From Verrucomicrobiia bacterium (lineage in GTDB: Bacteria; Verrucomicrobiota; Verrucomicrobiia; Limisphaerales; UBA1100), in contig JAAZZB010000001.1 in NCBI GenBank assembly GCA_014239365.1, positions 6,494 through 70,493 on the forward strand: DNA of 64,000 bases. The letters run 5' to 3'. The notes under the pieces are model-generated. The model did not search any database. It was not told the origin of the DNA and saw nothing but the letters and a program-made list of their open reading frames with translations. Position numbers and translations under genes: made by a program. Positions within the stretch are counted from its first letter, which is position 1, and each line of letters begins with the position of its first letter. Positions 48,395 to 58,220 of this stretch are shown piece after piece.

Positions 48395-50103
48395 GCAAAC
48401 CAAATCCATCCATCACAGAGGCCGAGTCCACGGAATTATCCGTGGGGCTGCGGCGGTTTTTATATTTTACTGCCACCCTCACCGGCGCGATCATTCTCAT
48501 CGTGGAAATCCTCGGTGCAAAAATGCTTTCGCCGTTCCTCGGCACCTCACATTTTGTGTGGACGGCCCAAATCGCCGTTACGCTCGTTGCGCTTTCGTTG
48601 GGCTATTTTGTGGGCGGCTATGTGGTCGATCGCTCGCCGCGCCTGAATTTTCTCTATTATTCCATCCTCGGCGCGGCGGTGTATCTTGCCGCCACGGTGC
48701 CGATGGTGCGGCCTATTTGTTTTAAGCTCATGAAACTATCGCTCGAATGGGCATCGTTGTTTGCTTCGGCGTTTCTCTTTCTCATCCCGCTGGCGTTGCT
48801 GGCGATGACCGGCCCATTCCTCGTGCGCGTGCTCACGCAGGATGTTGAAAACGTCGGTGGCAACATGGGTCGGCTCACCGCCATCAGCACCCTCGGCAGC
48901 GTCGCCGGCGTGGTGCTGATTGGTTACGTGTTGATTCCGCATTTACCAAACTCGGTGACGATGCTGATCACAGCGGGGGTCTTGGTTGCGTTGGCGGCGG
49001 TTTACTTTATGGTGTGGGGGCGCAACGAGACGGCGCTCACCGCGTTGGTTCTGGGGGTGCTCTTCACCGCCGGCCTTGGCCACAGCGGCTTGCGCGGGCA
49101 GTTTGAGGATACGATGAAATATGGCGGGCTTACCTGGAAGGTGCTTCACCGTGCCAACTCGAATTACGGCGAGTTGCTCGTCATCGAGTATCGTGACGGC
49201 GAGAATGTGGAGCGCCGTTATCTCAACGATCAGCTCATCCAAAACACATACGATCCCGACACGGGCCAGAGCCGCGCGCTGTTCTCCGGCGCATTGCGAT
49301 GGTTAGCCCACGCATATACTCCTCAGATTGAGAACGCGCTCTGCATCGGTATGGGCGTGGGAGTTGTGCCGATGCAACTGGCGGCCGATGGCGTGGCGGT
49401 GGACGTCGCGGAAATTAACGGTGCCGTGGTGCCGATGGCGGAAAAGTTTTTTGGGTTTGATTCTCGCAAAGTCAACGTGGTGGTTTCCGATGGTCGGCAA
49501 TTCCTCAATCAATCCGCCAAGCAATACGACGCCATCATTTTGGATGCGTTCCTCGGGGATTCCACTCCCAGTCATTTGATGACGCAGGAAGCCTTCACTT
49601 CCATCCGCGAACATCTTTCGCCCACGGGCGTGTTGGTGATCAATTGTTTTGGCGAGTCCACGGATCAACGCCAGTTCTTTGCCGCTTCGCTGGATAAAAC
49701 ACTGCGCTCGGTTTTTGGCAAACCCAAAGTCACCGTCCACGCTTCGGGATATGGGAATGTGTTTTTTGTGGCCACGCGCGCGGATGCCCTCGTGCAGCAT
49801 CGCCCGCCCGCCGCCCCAAACGCCGAGGCCCGCGAGCGGATGGCGGCGATGGTGGCGGATGCCGCCATTCAGTCGGAGTGGCGGCAATGGTGGGAGCAGG
49901 CAAATGGCAAGGGGCCGTTTTTTTCCGAGCACTCGCAGGTGCAGAATGAGCTGGGGTTGGCGTGGAAAAAGGAGCGTGTTTATGATTTCAGTGAGGGGAG
50001 CATTTTGCTGGATGACTTCAATCCTGTGGAATTTCACGACGCGCACAATCGCGAAGCCAACCGGCGTGGGTTGATGAATTTCCTGCAATCCACCGATGGC
50101 TGA
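48391..50103 (+). CDS. Fused polytopic-membrane / spermidine-synthase-like protein 1
   Basis: The start is uncertain: GTG at 48391 overlaps the upstream TGA, and the track gives TTG at 48364. About 7 TMs (FLYFTATLTGAIILIVEILGAKMLSPFLG..). The C-terminal class-I fold has ALCIGMGVGVVPMQL, VVVSDGRQFL and IILDAFLGDSTPSHLMTQEAF. Confidence 0.7.
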   Translation: MSKPNPSITEAESTELSVGLRRFLYFTATLTGAIILIVEILGAKMLSPFLGTSHFVWTAQIAVTLVALSLGYFVGGYVVDRSPRLNFLYYSILGAAVYLAATVPMVRPICFKLMKLSLEWASLFASAFLFLIPLALLAMTGPFLVRVLTQDVENVGGNMGRLTAISTLGSVAGVVLIGYVLIPHLPNSVTMLITAGVLVALAAVYFMVWGRNETALTALVLGVLFTAGLGHSGLRGQFEDTMKYGGLTWKVLHRANSNYGELLVIEYRDGENVERRYLNDQLIQNTYDPDTGQSRALFSGALRWLAHAYTPQIENALCIGMGVGVVPMQLAADGVAVDVAEINGAVVPMAEKFFGFDSRKVNVVVSDGRQFLNQSAKQYDAIILDAFLGDSTPSHLMTQEAFTSIREHLSPTGVLVINCFGESTDQRQFFAASLDKTLRSVFGKPKVTVHASGYGNVFFVATRADALVQHRPPAAPNAEARERMAAMVADAAIQSEWRQWWEQANGKGPFFSEHSQVQNELGLAWKKERVYDFSEGSILLDDFNPVEFHDAHNREANRRGLMNFLQSTDG

Positions 50104-52681
50104 CAACAAACCCAAAGCGTCCGCCGTGGGGTTGCCGCTGTTTGCGGTCACCATTTTTTGGGGCGCGTTTTTGTTGTTCCTCGTGCAGCCGCTCATCGGC
50201 AAATACATCCTCCCGTGGTTCGGCGGCACGCCCGGCGTGTGGACGACTTGCCTTTTATTTTTCCAATGCCTCCTGCTCGGCGGCTATGCGTACGCGCATT
50301 GCCTCAATCATTTTTTCCCGCTGCGCAAGCAGGTGATTATCCACGGCGTGTTGCTGGCATTGGCGGTGATCACGCTGCCCATCACGCCGAGCGAAACCCT
50401 CAAGCCGACTGGTAACGAAGCGCCCACGTTGCAAATTTTGCTGCTGCTCACGTTGAGTATCGGGCTGCCGTACCTCGTGCTTTCTGCCACGGGGCCGCTG
50501 GTGCAGGCGTGGTTTGCGCGCACGCATCCGGGGCGCTCGCCGTATCGTTTGTACGCGCTTTCCAATGTGGGTTCGCTCTTGGCGTTGGTGGGGTATCCCT
50601 TCTTCGTGGAGCCGTGGAGCACGCGCACGTCGCAGGTGAATGGTTGGTCGCTCGGGATGCTCTTTTATGGCGCGGCGTGCGGTTGGTTGGCGTGGCGGTT
50701 GTATCGCGCCAAGGATGTTGGCAAAGTGGAGTTGGACGAATCAAAGGAGGAAACCAAGCTCGCCAAAGCCATGCGCTGGCCGCTGTGGCTGGCGCTGCCC
50801 GCGTGCGGCACGGCGCTCCTGATGGCGACTACTAATAAGCTTTGCCTCGATGTGGCGGTGGTGCCTTTCCTGTGGGTGCTGCCGTTGGCGCTTTATTTAA
50901 TTACGTTTATTATTTGTTTCGATAACCCGCGTTGGTACGTGCGCGAATTTTTTGTGCCGCTCTTGGTGCCGCTGTGGTTGGGTGTCTTTTGGGCGTTGGA
51001 AGTGGGAGTGGATATGGACATCGTCCTGCAAATTTCCCTGTACTGCGGTGCGCTGTTCGTCAGCTGTATGGTGTGCCACGGCGAGCTGTATCGCCTTCGC
51101 CCGGAGCCGTCGCGGTTGACGCAGTATTTTTTGGGCATCTCCGGCGGCGGCGCGTTGGGCGGATTATTTGTGGCCGTGGTTGCGCCGATGGTGTTCAGCG
51201 GCTATTGGGAATACCATATCGCGCTGTGGGCGGTGGGTTTACTTTTCCTCGTGGCGTGTGTGGTGGGCCGCGAGGATTGGCGCATTAGCAAATGGCACTT
51301 GCGGCTGGTGCTGTTCGGCTGCTGGGTGGCGGTGTGCCGTGCGTTGCTGGACCACACCAGCTTGAGCAACTTTTGGCAAGTGGTGGCCACGGTAGCACCA
51401 TTTGCGTTGGCCTGTGTGTTAACGCGTGTGGTGTTTCACCACTGGTGGGCGCCCGCGCGTCGCACGGAACCGCGTGAAATTTATTCGGGCATCTTCGGTG
51501 CGTTAGGTGCGTTGACGTTTACGCTAGTGGCATTGGTGATCGCGGGCGATTGGTCGCTCAACAATAAGTTTCATTATCTCAACCAATTTCATCCCGGTCT
51601 CTGGGCAGCCGTTGCGTTGCTGGCGCTTAATGCGTTTGTGTGGAATAGCGTGCGCGATTGGCGCGGTTGGAGCATCCACTGGGGCTGGGCCGCGGGCGGT
51701 TGGGTGCCGGTGTTGGTGGCGCTGGCCGCAGGGCTGGTGGCGCAGGCTCAAGACACCTACCGGAAAGAGGGCGGCATTCTCGTTTACCGCGAGCGGGGAT
51801 TTTATGGAATCCTGAAAGTCACCGAGTATTCTGCCGATGAGGATCCGTATCGTTTGCTGCTCAATGGCCGTATCACGCACGGCTACCAATACACGGATGA
51901 AAATTCCAGCGGACGGGTGACTACCTATTACGGGCCGCCAACGGGCGTGGGCTTGGCGGTGCAGTATTTTCCATTGGAGAACAATGCCACCCGCTTGCGC
52001 GTGGGCGTGGTGGGTTTGGGGGTGGGCACGCTGGCCGGATACGCAAAGGCGGGCGACCATTATCGAATGTACGAGATCAATCAGCAAGTCGTGGATTTGT
52101 CTTCGCGAGAGGTGGGTATGTTTACCTATTTGCAGGAGGCAAAAAATCGCGGCGCGGATGTGGAAGTGGTGCTCGGCGACGCGCGGCTTTCGATGGAGGC
52201 GGAACTGCGCGCGGGCAAGCCGCAGGGCTTTCATGTGTTGGCGTTGGACGCGTTTAGTAGTGACTCCATTCCCGTGCATTTATTGACCAAAGAATCGGTG
52301 GCAATTTATCTGAAACACCTTGCGCCCAAAGGAGTGCTGGCAGTTCATATTTCCAATCGCTATCTGGACTTGGAGCCGGTGGTGCGGCGGTTGGCAATGG
52401 AATTCGATCTCTCAATGATGGTGGTGGAAAATTCAAACGGCGGCTTTGGCGAGCATTGGGTTTACGGTTCGTCGTGGGTGTTGCTGGGGCGCAATCCTGA
52501 GTTTTTTGACATCCCGGAACTGTGGGGAAATCCGCTGGAAAAATTCACAGAAAAAGAAGACTTGCCGCTGTGGTCAGATGATTATGCGAGCATCTTCCGC
52601 ATTATGCACAAGCCCGATTGGTGGTATCGCTGGGCCGATCGCTGGAAAAAACTTACCGGAAACAACGATGAGCGCCAATGA
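50096..52681 (+). CDS. Fused polytopic-membrane / spermidine-synthase-like protein 2
   Basis: 8-nt overlap with the upstream paralog. About 12 or more TMs (LFAVTIFWGAFLLFLVQPLIGKYILPWFGG..). The C-terminal fold has VGVVGLGVGTLAGY, EVVLGDARL and LALDAFSSDSIPVHLLTKESV. Confidence 0.75.
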   Translation: MADNKPKASAVGLPLFAVTIFWGAFLLFLVQPLIGKYILPWFGGTPGVWTTCLLFFQCLLLGGYAYAHCLNHFFPLRKQVIIHGVLLALAVITLPITPSETLKPTGNEAPTLQILLLLTLSIGLPYLVLSATGPLVQAWFARTHPGRSPYRLYALSNVGSLLALVGYPFFVEPWSTRTSQVNGWSLGMLFYGAACGWLAWRLYRAKDVGKVELDESKEETKLAKAMRWPLWLALPACGTALLMATTNKLCLDVAVVPFLWVLPLALYLITFIICFDNPRWYVREFFVPLLVPLWLGVFWALEVGVDMDIVLQISLYCGALFVSCMVCHGELYRLRPEPSRLTQYFLGISGGGALGGLFVAVVAPMVFSGYWEYHIALWAVGLLFLVACVVGREDWRISKWHLRLVLFGCWVAVCRALLDHTSLSNFWQVVATVAPFALACVLTRVVFHHWWAPARRTEPREIYSGIFGALGALTFTLVALVIAGDWSLNNKFHYLNQFHPGLWAAVALLALNAFVWNSVRDWRGWSIHWGWAAGGWVPVLVALAAGLVAQAQDTYRKEGGILVYRERGFYGILKVTEYSADEDPYRLLLNGRITHGYQYTDENSSGRVTTYYGPPTGVGLAVQYFPLENNATRLRVGVVGLGVGTLAGYAKAGDHYRMYEINQQVVDLSSREVGMFTYLQEAKNRGADVEVVLGDARLSMEAELRAGKPQGFHVLALDAFSSDSIPVHLLTKESVAIYLKHLAPKGVLAVHISNRYLDLEPVVRRLAMEFDLSMMVVENSNGGFGEHWVYGSSWVLLGRNPEFFDIPELWGNPLEKFTEKEDLPLWSDDYASIFRIMHKPDWWYRWADRWKKLTGNNDERQ

Positions 52682-53465
52682 ACAACCGGCTTGGCTCGGG
52701 TTGTTTCCGGATCAGGATTTTGAATTTCGCTTTGGCGCAAAGCCCGGAAATGCGGTCAACTTTTTTGCCGACACGACTGACAACGCCTCCCTCATAACCG
52801 CTCGCGGTAAAGCCTTGGAGGAATCGACCGAGCAATGTTTATTTGAGAATCCTGCTGCGGCGGAGGCGATGGCCGAATGCCTTGAATGGGCTGGATTGGA
52901 GGAGGTCGGTTGCCGCGAACTGGCGCTGCATTGGGAGCCGGATTTTTTGATTTTGTTGCCGGATGAAAACGGGCGGTTTGTCTTCCGCGCGGGCGCGGTT
53001 TGTTTTCCATCATCGTGGCGGCCGGAAGAAAAAATCGGGCTTCCGGTACACGCCATCCATTCGCCTGTGCCCACGCTCAACGAAAAGCTTGGCACACACA
53101 TCGATAAATTTTTAGCAAGGCTTGAGCCCGGCAAAGCATGGGAACGCTCCAACTGGGGCTTGAGCCGTTCGGCGGAACTCAACCAGCATCCCACCCGCGA
53201 CATCCCGCGCCTCGCGCCGCCGTTTGCTGCTGATGAAGCGTGGATTCGGATTGAGGATCAAGTGCTTTACCGATTGCCAAAAACGCAAGCGCTGCTCTTT
53301 GGCATTCGTTTAGTGAATGTATCGCTGGCGGAACTCAAAAAATTCCCCGATGCCCAAGCCGGTTTGCACCGCGCCATCGCAACAATGCCTGAAGATATTG
53401 CGGATTACAAAAACGTCACCGATGGGCGCGAGCATTTGCTGACACTGCTCAATCCGCGATCGTAA
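52668..53465 (+). CDS. DUF3445-like protein (tentative)
   Basis: ATG at 52668 overlaps the upstream gene by 14 nt. 265 aa and soluble. Blocks such as WEPDFLILLPDENGRFVFRAGAVCFPSSW and RSNWGL resemble DUF3445 as I recall it. Confidence 0.45.
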   Translation: MSANEQPAWLGLFPDQDFEFRFGAKPGNAVNFFADTTDNASLITARGKALEESTEQCLFENPAAAEAMAECLEWAGLEEVGCRELALHWEPDFLILLPDENGRFVFRAGAVCFPSSWRPEEKIGLPVHAIHSPVPTLNEKLGTHIDKFLARLEPGKAWERSNWGLSRSAELNQHPTRDIPRLAPPFAADEAWIRIEDQVLYRLPKTQALLFGIRLVNVSLAELKKFPDAQAGLHRAIATMPEDIADYKNVTDGREHLLTLLNPRS

Positions 53466-53469
53466 ATCA

Positions 53470-54729
53470 TCAATCGGAAATCTCTTCCGTCAATGCCGCG
53501 CCTCGCCGTGCTTTTTCGCCGGAAGGATAATCGGAAAGTAACGCCAAGCTGGAAGCGATGATGAGCCCGGCGCTGAAGAGGCTGAGATTACTGGCCGGCA
53601 TCAATCCAATCAGCCAAAAGCCGAGGAAGGGCGAAATGAAATTGCGGATGCCATTAAAAAACAAATGGACGCTCATATAGTCGGCCACGTGTTTGGCGGG
53701 CGCGAATTTGGTAACCCAAAGGCTCCACGCCACTTCACCCCCCGCGTTGGCCACGCCAAAGAGTCCCGCGGCAATGCAAAGGCCGACCATTGACGTGCTG
53801 TGAAAAAAGAGCACGAGCGATACCGCAAAGAAAAAATTCAGGATCACCCGCAACACAAAAAAATTCATTTTGTCAAAGAGGCTTCCCCAAAGCGGACTGA
53901 AGATTAGTTTCACGGCGTTCGGAATGAAGACGAGAATCAGCGCGATGCGGGCGGGCGTGGGATCAAAACCCAGCGTGTAGACGTCCGCGTATTCGCCCGC
54001 GTTGGCGAGATATTCCACGCGCAATGGGAAAAGCATCAGATTGCCAATCCCAAAGAGCATCCAGCAAATGAGGATGTGACGGAACAATTTGTCCTCTTTC
54101 ACAAACCGCAGCGAGCGGAAGGGATGCGTGCCTTCCGCTCCCGTGAGTGTCTTGCCCGGAAGGCGTGAAAAGCAATAAGACGCCCCCGCAAACGCCAATG
54201 CGAAAATCAACATCAACCCCCACGGATAACCGGAAAGTTTTTGGCTGTCATCGCTGTTGGTTAGAATCCAGCCCACCAACAAACCGAATGAAGCCGCGCT
54301 GATGATGCGAATCATCGCCGTCCGGGAAAAATATTTTCCCCGTCGTTTCGCCGGATAATTTTCCTGATAAATTTGGGTGACCAATGGAATGGTCGCTGTT
54401 CCCAAAGTGGTGGCCACAATAATGCCGCCAATGAAAAGCCATCGGTCACTCACCGCTGCGAGCAATGCGAAACACCCCGCCGCGCCCAGCGCCAATCGAG
54501 AGGCAGCCTGCGCGGTGGTCCAGCCCAAGTCCGCCACACGCGAAACCACAACCGGCCCCAGCATAAAACCGAGCGCCCCCGCCGCCGCGATCGTCGCCTT
54601 CGCTGTTGCCCCAAACTCAAACCACTGAACCGCAATCAACAGGAGGAACGTCGTGAACGCCGTTTCAAGAATCCCCGAAGCCACCGCCCGCAGGCGTTCA
54701 AAGCGATATGTGATTTCCGTCCGGTTCAA
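53470..54729 (-). CDS. MFS transporter
   Basis: 419 aa with about 12 TMs and a basic loop between TM2 and TM3. It is convergent with the previous gene with only a 4-bp gap. Confidence 0.7.
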   Translation of the reverse strand: MNRTEITYRFERLRAVASGILETAFTTFLLLIAVQWFEFGATAKATIAAAGALGFMLGPVVVSRVADLGWTTAQAASRLALGAAGCFALLAAVSDRWLFIGGIIVATTLGTATIPLVTQIYQENYPAKRRGKYFSRTAMIRIISAASFGLLVGWILTNSDDSQKLSGYPWGLMLIFALAFAGASYCFSRLPGKTLTGAEGTHPFRSLRFVKEDKLFRHILICWMLFGIGNLMLFPLRVEYLANAGEYADVYTLGFDPTPARIALILVFIPNAVKLIFSPLWGSLFDKMNFFVLRVILNFFFAVSLVLFFHSTSMVGLCIAAGLFGVANAGGEVAWSLWVTKFAPAKHVADYMSVHLFFNGIRNFISPFLGFWLIGLMPASNLSLFSAGLIIASSLALLSDYPSGEKARRGAALTEEISD

Positions 54730-54783
54730 GGGAGGGGAGGATAGTCATTTCACGGCGAGGTTGCGAGAATCGGTTTGGAGGGG

Positions 54784-54812
54784 TTGACCTCGGCTGGAAT
54801 CAGTGGTATCAT
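54784..54812 (+). promoter_or_regulatory. Sigma70-type promoter of hicAB, with an inverted repeat overlapping the -10
   Basis: TTGACC (54784-54789), a 17-nt spacer, then TATCAT (54807-54812). The -10 region contains TATCA-TAT-TGATA. The hicA ATG lies only 11 nt downstream, so the transcript would be near-leaderless. Confidence 0.55.
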
Positions 54813-54823
54813 ATTGATATCAG

Positions 54824-55024
54824 ATGCCACGAAAGGTAAGACAGTTGATTGCGGATTTAGAGCGGGCGGGGTTTGTAAATCGCGGGGGCAAGGGCAGTCA
54901 CCGAAATTATTCGCATCCGACCGGTGGCCGAATTACTGTCAGTGGGCGGCCCGGTGAAGATGCAAAATATTATCAAGAGCGCGATCTCCGAAATGCCTTG
55001 GCAAAAGTGAAAGGGAAAAAATGA
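54824..55024 (+). CDS. hicA: HicA-family mRNA interferase toxin
   Basis: 66 aa: RKVRQLIADLERAGFVNRGGKGSHRNYSHP.GGRITVSG..GEDAKYYQERDLRNAL, the YcfA/HicA pattern with the GSH motif. Confidence 0.85.
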   Translation: MPRKVRQLIADLERAGFVNRGGKGSHRNYSHPTGGRITVSGRPGEDAKYYQERDLRNALAKVKGKK

Positions 55025-55368
55025 CGAAAACAGAAATCAAAAAGACCGCAGCGGGCTATCCCAAGTTTGTGGAATGGAGCGATGAAGACAATTGCTTCAT
55101 CGGTCGCTGCCCAATGCTCTTTGAGGGCGGAGTGCACGGCCGTGATGAGGCTAAGGTGTACCAGCAGCTTTGCGAGGCAGCTGAGGAATGGGTGCAGGTT
55201 TTGTTGAAGGATGAAACACCTTTGCCAGACTCGAAATCCGTGAGCGATTACAGCGGCAAATTCTTAGTGCGTGTGGATCCAGCGTTGCACCAAAGGTTGG
55301 CGTTGAAGGCGCAGGCGAGCGGGGAGAGTTTGAACAGCTTGGCTGGCAAGGCGCTGTCGAAGGCTTAA
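55021..55368 (+). CDS. hicB: HicB-family antitoxin with RHH C-terminus
   Basis: ATGA overlap with hicA. HicB N-domain ([46 protein letters not shown]). The C-terminus [31 protein letters not shown] is typical of HicB antitoxins. Confidence 0.85.
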   Translation: MTKTEIKKTAAGYPKFVEWSDEDNCFIGRCPMLFEGGVHGRDEAKVYQQLCEAAEEWVQVLLKDETPLPDSKSVSDYSGKFLVRVDPALHQRLALKAQASGESLNSLAGKALSKA

Positions 55369-56867
55369 TTCGCCGCCGCCAATTCCTCTTCGCAATCGAC
55401 GATTTGTTGGATTTGGGTGAGGAACCAGGGGTCGATTTTGGTGAGGTTGAAAATTTCGTCGATGGTCATTCCCGCGCGGAGGGCGTGGCGGAGGTAGAAG
55501 ATTCGCTCGGCGTTGGGGGTGGTGAGTTTTTGGATGATGAGGTCGCGCGGGAAGATGTCGCGGTCGCCGTGGACGGTGTCGCCGACGCGCCAGTGTTTGC
55601 CATCGCCGCCGAGGCCGGCGCGGCCGATTTCCATTGAGCGCAGGCATTTCTGTAAACTCTCCTTGAAGGTGCGGCCGATGGCCATGGCTTCGCCGACGCT
55701 TTTCATTTGGGTGTTGAGCGTAGGATCGGCTTGCGGAAATTTCTCGAAAGCGAAGCGCGGGATTTTGGTGACGACGTAGTCGATGGTGGGCTCGAAACTG
55801 GCGGGGGTTTCGCGCGTGATGTCGTTGGGGATTTCGTCGAGCGTGTAGCCGACGGCAAGCTTGGCGGCGATCTTCGCAATCGGAAATCCAGTGGCTTTGG
55901 AGGCGAGCGCGGAGCTGCGGCTGACGCGCGGGTTCATCTCGATGACGATCATCCGGCCATTGTCCGGGTTCACGGAAAACTGGATGTTGGAGCCGCCGGT
56001 CTCCACGCCCACGGCGCGGATGATTGCGAAGCTCGCGTCGCGCATGATTTGAAATTCTTTGTCGGTGAGCGTTTGGATGGGCGCGACGGTGATGCTGTCG
56101 CCGGTGTGCACGCCCATCGGGTCAAAGTTTTCAATGGAGCAAATGATGACGCAGTTGTCGGCCTTGTCGCGCATCACTTCCATCTCGAATTCCTTCCAGC
56201 CGATGAGCGATTCTTCGACAAGAATTTCATCGACCGGCGAGAGGTCCACGCCGTTCTTGGCGATTTCCTCAAACTCATCGCGGTTGTACGCGATGCCGCC
56301 GCCGGTGCCGCCGAGCGTGTACGCGGGGCGAATGATGAGCGGGAATTTCCCAATCTTATCCGCGACGGCCCACGCCTCTTCCATATTGTGGGCGATGCCG
56401 CTGTTGGGCACGTCGAGGCCAATCTCGAGCATCAGTTCCTTGAAGCGCTCGCGGTCTTCGCCGCGTTCGATGGCGTCGGCTTTTGCGCCGATCATTTCCA
56501 CGCCGTGCTTTTCTAAAACGCCCGTGCGGAAAAGTTCCATCGCGGTGTTGAGGCCCGTTTGCCCGCCGAGCGTGGGGAGCAGCACGAGCTTGCCGTCGGT
56601 GCCGAGGTTTTTCATTTCGGCTAATTCGCGCACGATAATTTTCTCCACCGCCTCGGGCGTGACCGGCTCAATGTACGTGCGGTCGGCAAATTCCGGGTCG
56701 GTCATAATCGTGGCCGGATTGGAATTCACCAGCACCACGCGATAGCCCTCCTCGCGCAGCGCCTTGCACGCCTGCGTGCCCGAATAGTCAAACTCACACG
56801 CCTGCCCAATAATAATCGGGCCAGCGCCAATGATTAGAACCGAATGAATGTCGTCGCGTCGTGGCAT
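55365..56867 (-). CDS. carB: Carbamoyl-phosphate synthase large subunit, N-terminal half only (500 aa)
   Basis: [69 protein letters not shown].. is colinear with canonical CarB. It stops at ..[23 protein letters not shown], equivalent to about residue 500 of the ~1070-aa E. coli protein. Confidence 0.9.
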   Translation of the reverse strand: MPRRDDIHSVLIIGAGPIIIGQACEFDYSGTQACKALREEGYRVVLVNSNPATIMTDPEFADRTYIEPVTPEAVEKIIVRELAEMKNLGTDGKLVLLPTLGGQTGLNTAMELFRTGVLEKHGVEMIGAKADAIERGEDRERFKELMLEIGLDVPNSGIAHNMEEAWAVADKIGKFPLIIRPAYTLGGTGGGIAYNRDEFEEIAKNGVDLSPVDEILVEESLIGWKEFEMEVMRDKADNCVIICSIENFDPMGVHTGDSITVAPIQTLTDKEFQIMRDASFAIIRAVGVETGGSNIQFSVNPDNGRMIVIEMNPRVSRSSALASKATGFPIAKIAAKLAVGYTLDEIPNDITRETPASFEPTIDYVVTKIPRFAFEKFPQADPTLNTQMKSVGEAMAIGRTFKESLQKCLRSMEIGRAGLGGDGKHWRVGDTVHGDRDIFPRDLIIQKLTTPNAERIFYLRHALRAGMTIDEIFNLTKIDPWFLTQIQQIVDCEEELAAAN

Positions 56868-56933
56868 AAACCGCCGGAGGGATACCGGAAAACGGCGCGC
56901 GTTAACAGAGATTTTTGGGGGAACCAGTTTTTA

Positions 56934-56991
56934 CCACAGAGGCACAGAGAACACAGAGGTGAGATTCTCTGTGTTCTCTGTGCCTCTGTGG
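56934..56991. repeat. Perfect 25-bp-stem inverted repeat between ruvB and carB
   Basis: ccacagaggcacagagaacacagag-gtgagatt-ctctgtgttctctgtgcctctgtgg. No obvious U-tract follows, so terminator function is uncertain. Confidence 0.8.
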
Positions 56992-57004
56992 TGAATTGGT
57001 TTGC

Positions 57005-58021
57005 CTAAAGCAAACTCTGCTGCTTCCCGCCGTCCATTTTTAGGCCGAGGCGGGCATAGCCGAGTTCGGTGGCGGTGCGGCCTTGGGGGGTTCTTTGGAG
57101 GTAGCCTTCCATGATTAGGAAGGGCTCGTAGACTTCTTCGAGGGTGTCGGGCTCTTCGCCGACGGCAGCGGCGATGGAGTTGACGCCGACGGGGCCGCCG
57201 TTGAATTTCACGATGATGGTCTCGAGGATGCGCTTGTCCATTTCGTCGAGGCCGTGGCTGTCGATTTCCAGCATCGCGAGGGCGGCGTCGGCAATGGTGT
57301 TGGTGATTGCGCCGTCGGCTTTTACTTGGGCGTAATCGCGGACGCGGCGGAGGAGGTTGTTCGCGATGCGCGGGGTGCCTCGGCTGCGGCGGGCAATTTC
57401 AGTTGCGCCTTGTTCGTCGATGGCCACATCGAGCAAACCGGCGGAGCGCGTGACTATGCGCGTCATATGATCGGCGGCATAATAGTTGAGGCGTTCGCGA
57501 ATGGGAAAGCGCGTGAGCAACGGCGCGGTGAGCAGTCCGCTGCGGGTGGTGGCGCCGATCAATGTAAACCGCGGGAGGTTGAGCCGCACGCTGCGGGCGT
57601 TGGGGCCTTGGTCGATGATGATGTCCAGCTGGTAATCCTCCATCGCGGGGTAGAGATATTCCTCCACGGTTTTTTGCATCCGATGAATTTCATCGATGAA
57701 GAGCACATCGCCTTCCTCAAGATTAGTGAGCAACCCCGCGAGGTCGGCCGCCTTCTCGATAGTCGGCCCGCTAGTGCAGCGAAGGTTCGCGCCCATCGCC
57801 TTGGCAATGATGTGCGCCAGCGTCGTCTTGCCCAATCCCGGGGGGCCCGAGAGCAGCAGATGGTCAATCGGCTCCGCGCGCTGCGTGGCGGCGGTGACGG
57901 CAATCTCCAACCGCTCCCGCACCTTCTCCTGTCCGCCGAACTCTGTAAACGCCACCGGCCGCAGCGACGTCTCAAACGCCGCATCCGCTTCCCCCAATTC
58001 ATCAGTCACCCGTGTGGCCAT
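57005..58021 (-). CDS. ruvB: Holliday junction branch migration helicase RuvB
   Basis: ATG at 58021. [19 protein letters not shown], Walker [15 protein letters not shown], Walker [10 protein letters not shown] and [17 protein letters not shown]. The track extension to 58243 runs through a repeat element. Confidence 0.93.
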   Translation of the reverse strand: MATRVTDELGEADAAFETSLRPVAFTEFGGQEKVRERLEIAVTAATQRAEPIDHLLLSGPPGLGKTTLAHIIAKAMGANLRCTSGPTIEKAADLAGLLTNLEEGDVLFIDEIHRMQKTVEEYLYPAMEDYQLDIIIDQGPNARSVRLNLPRFTLIGATTRSGLLTAPLLTRFPIRERLNYYAADHMTRIVTRSAGLLDVAIDEQGATEIARRSRGTPRIANNLLRRVRDYAQVKADGAITNTIADAALAMLEIDSHGLDEMDKRILETIIVKFNGGPVGVNSIAAAVGEEPDTLEEVYEPFLIMEGYLQRTPQGRTATELGYARLGLKMDGGKQQSLL

Positions 58022-58081
58022 TGGGTTGAGAGTGGGGGAGAGGGCGAGGGCGGGACAAGGCGATTCGACTAACAGAGGGCG

Positions 58082-58199
58082 AATGCCCAATGACCAAAAC
58101 CCAAGTCCCAAGGAATGAGCAATCAACAATAACCAATTTGGGGTTTGGGAATTTTGATTTCCTTGGGGCATTGATAATTGGGCATTGGTCATTTCCCCT
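58082..58199 (+). repeat. AATGACCAA-family palindromic element, copy 2
   Basis: aatgcccaatgaccaaaacccaagtcccaaggaa..tccttggggcattgataattgggcattggtcatttcccct. It has the same TTTCCCCT end as the copies at 42370 and 61412. It sits in the divergent ruvB/58221 intergenic region. Confidence 0.8.
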
Positions 58200-58220
58200 C
58201 CTCGCGATAGGCTTTCGGCA

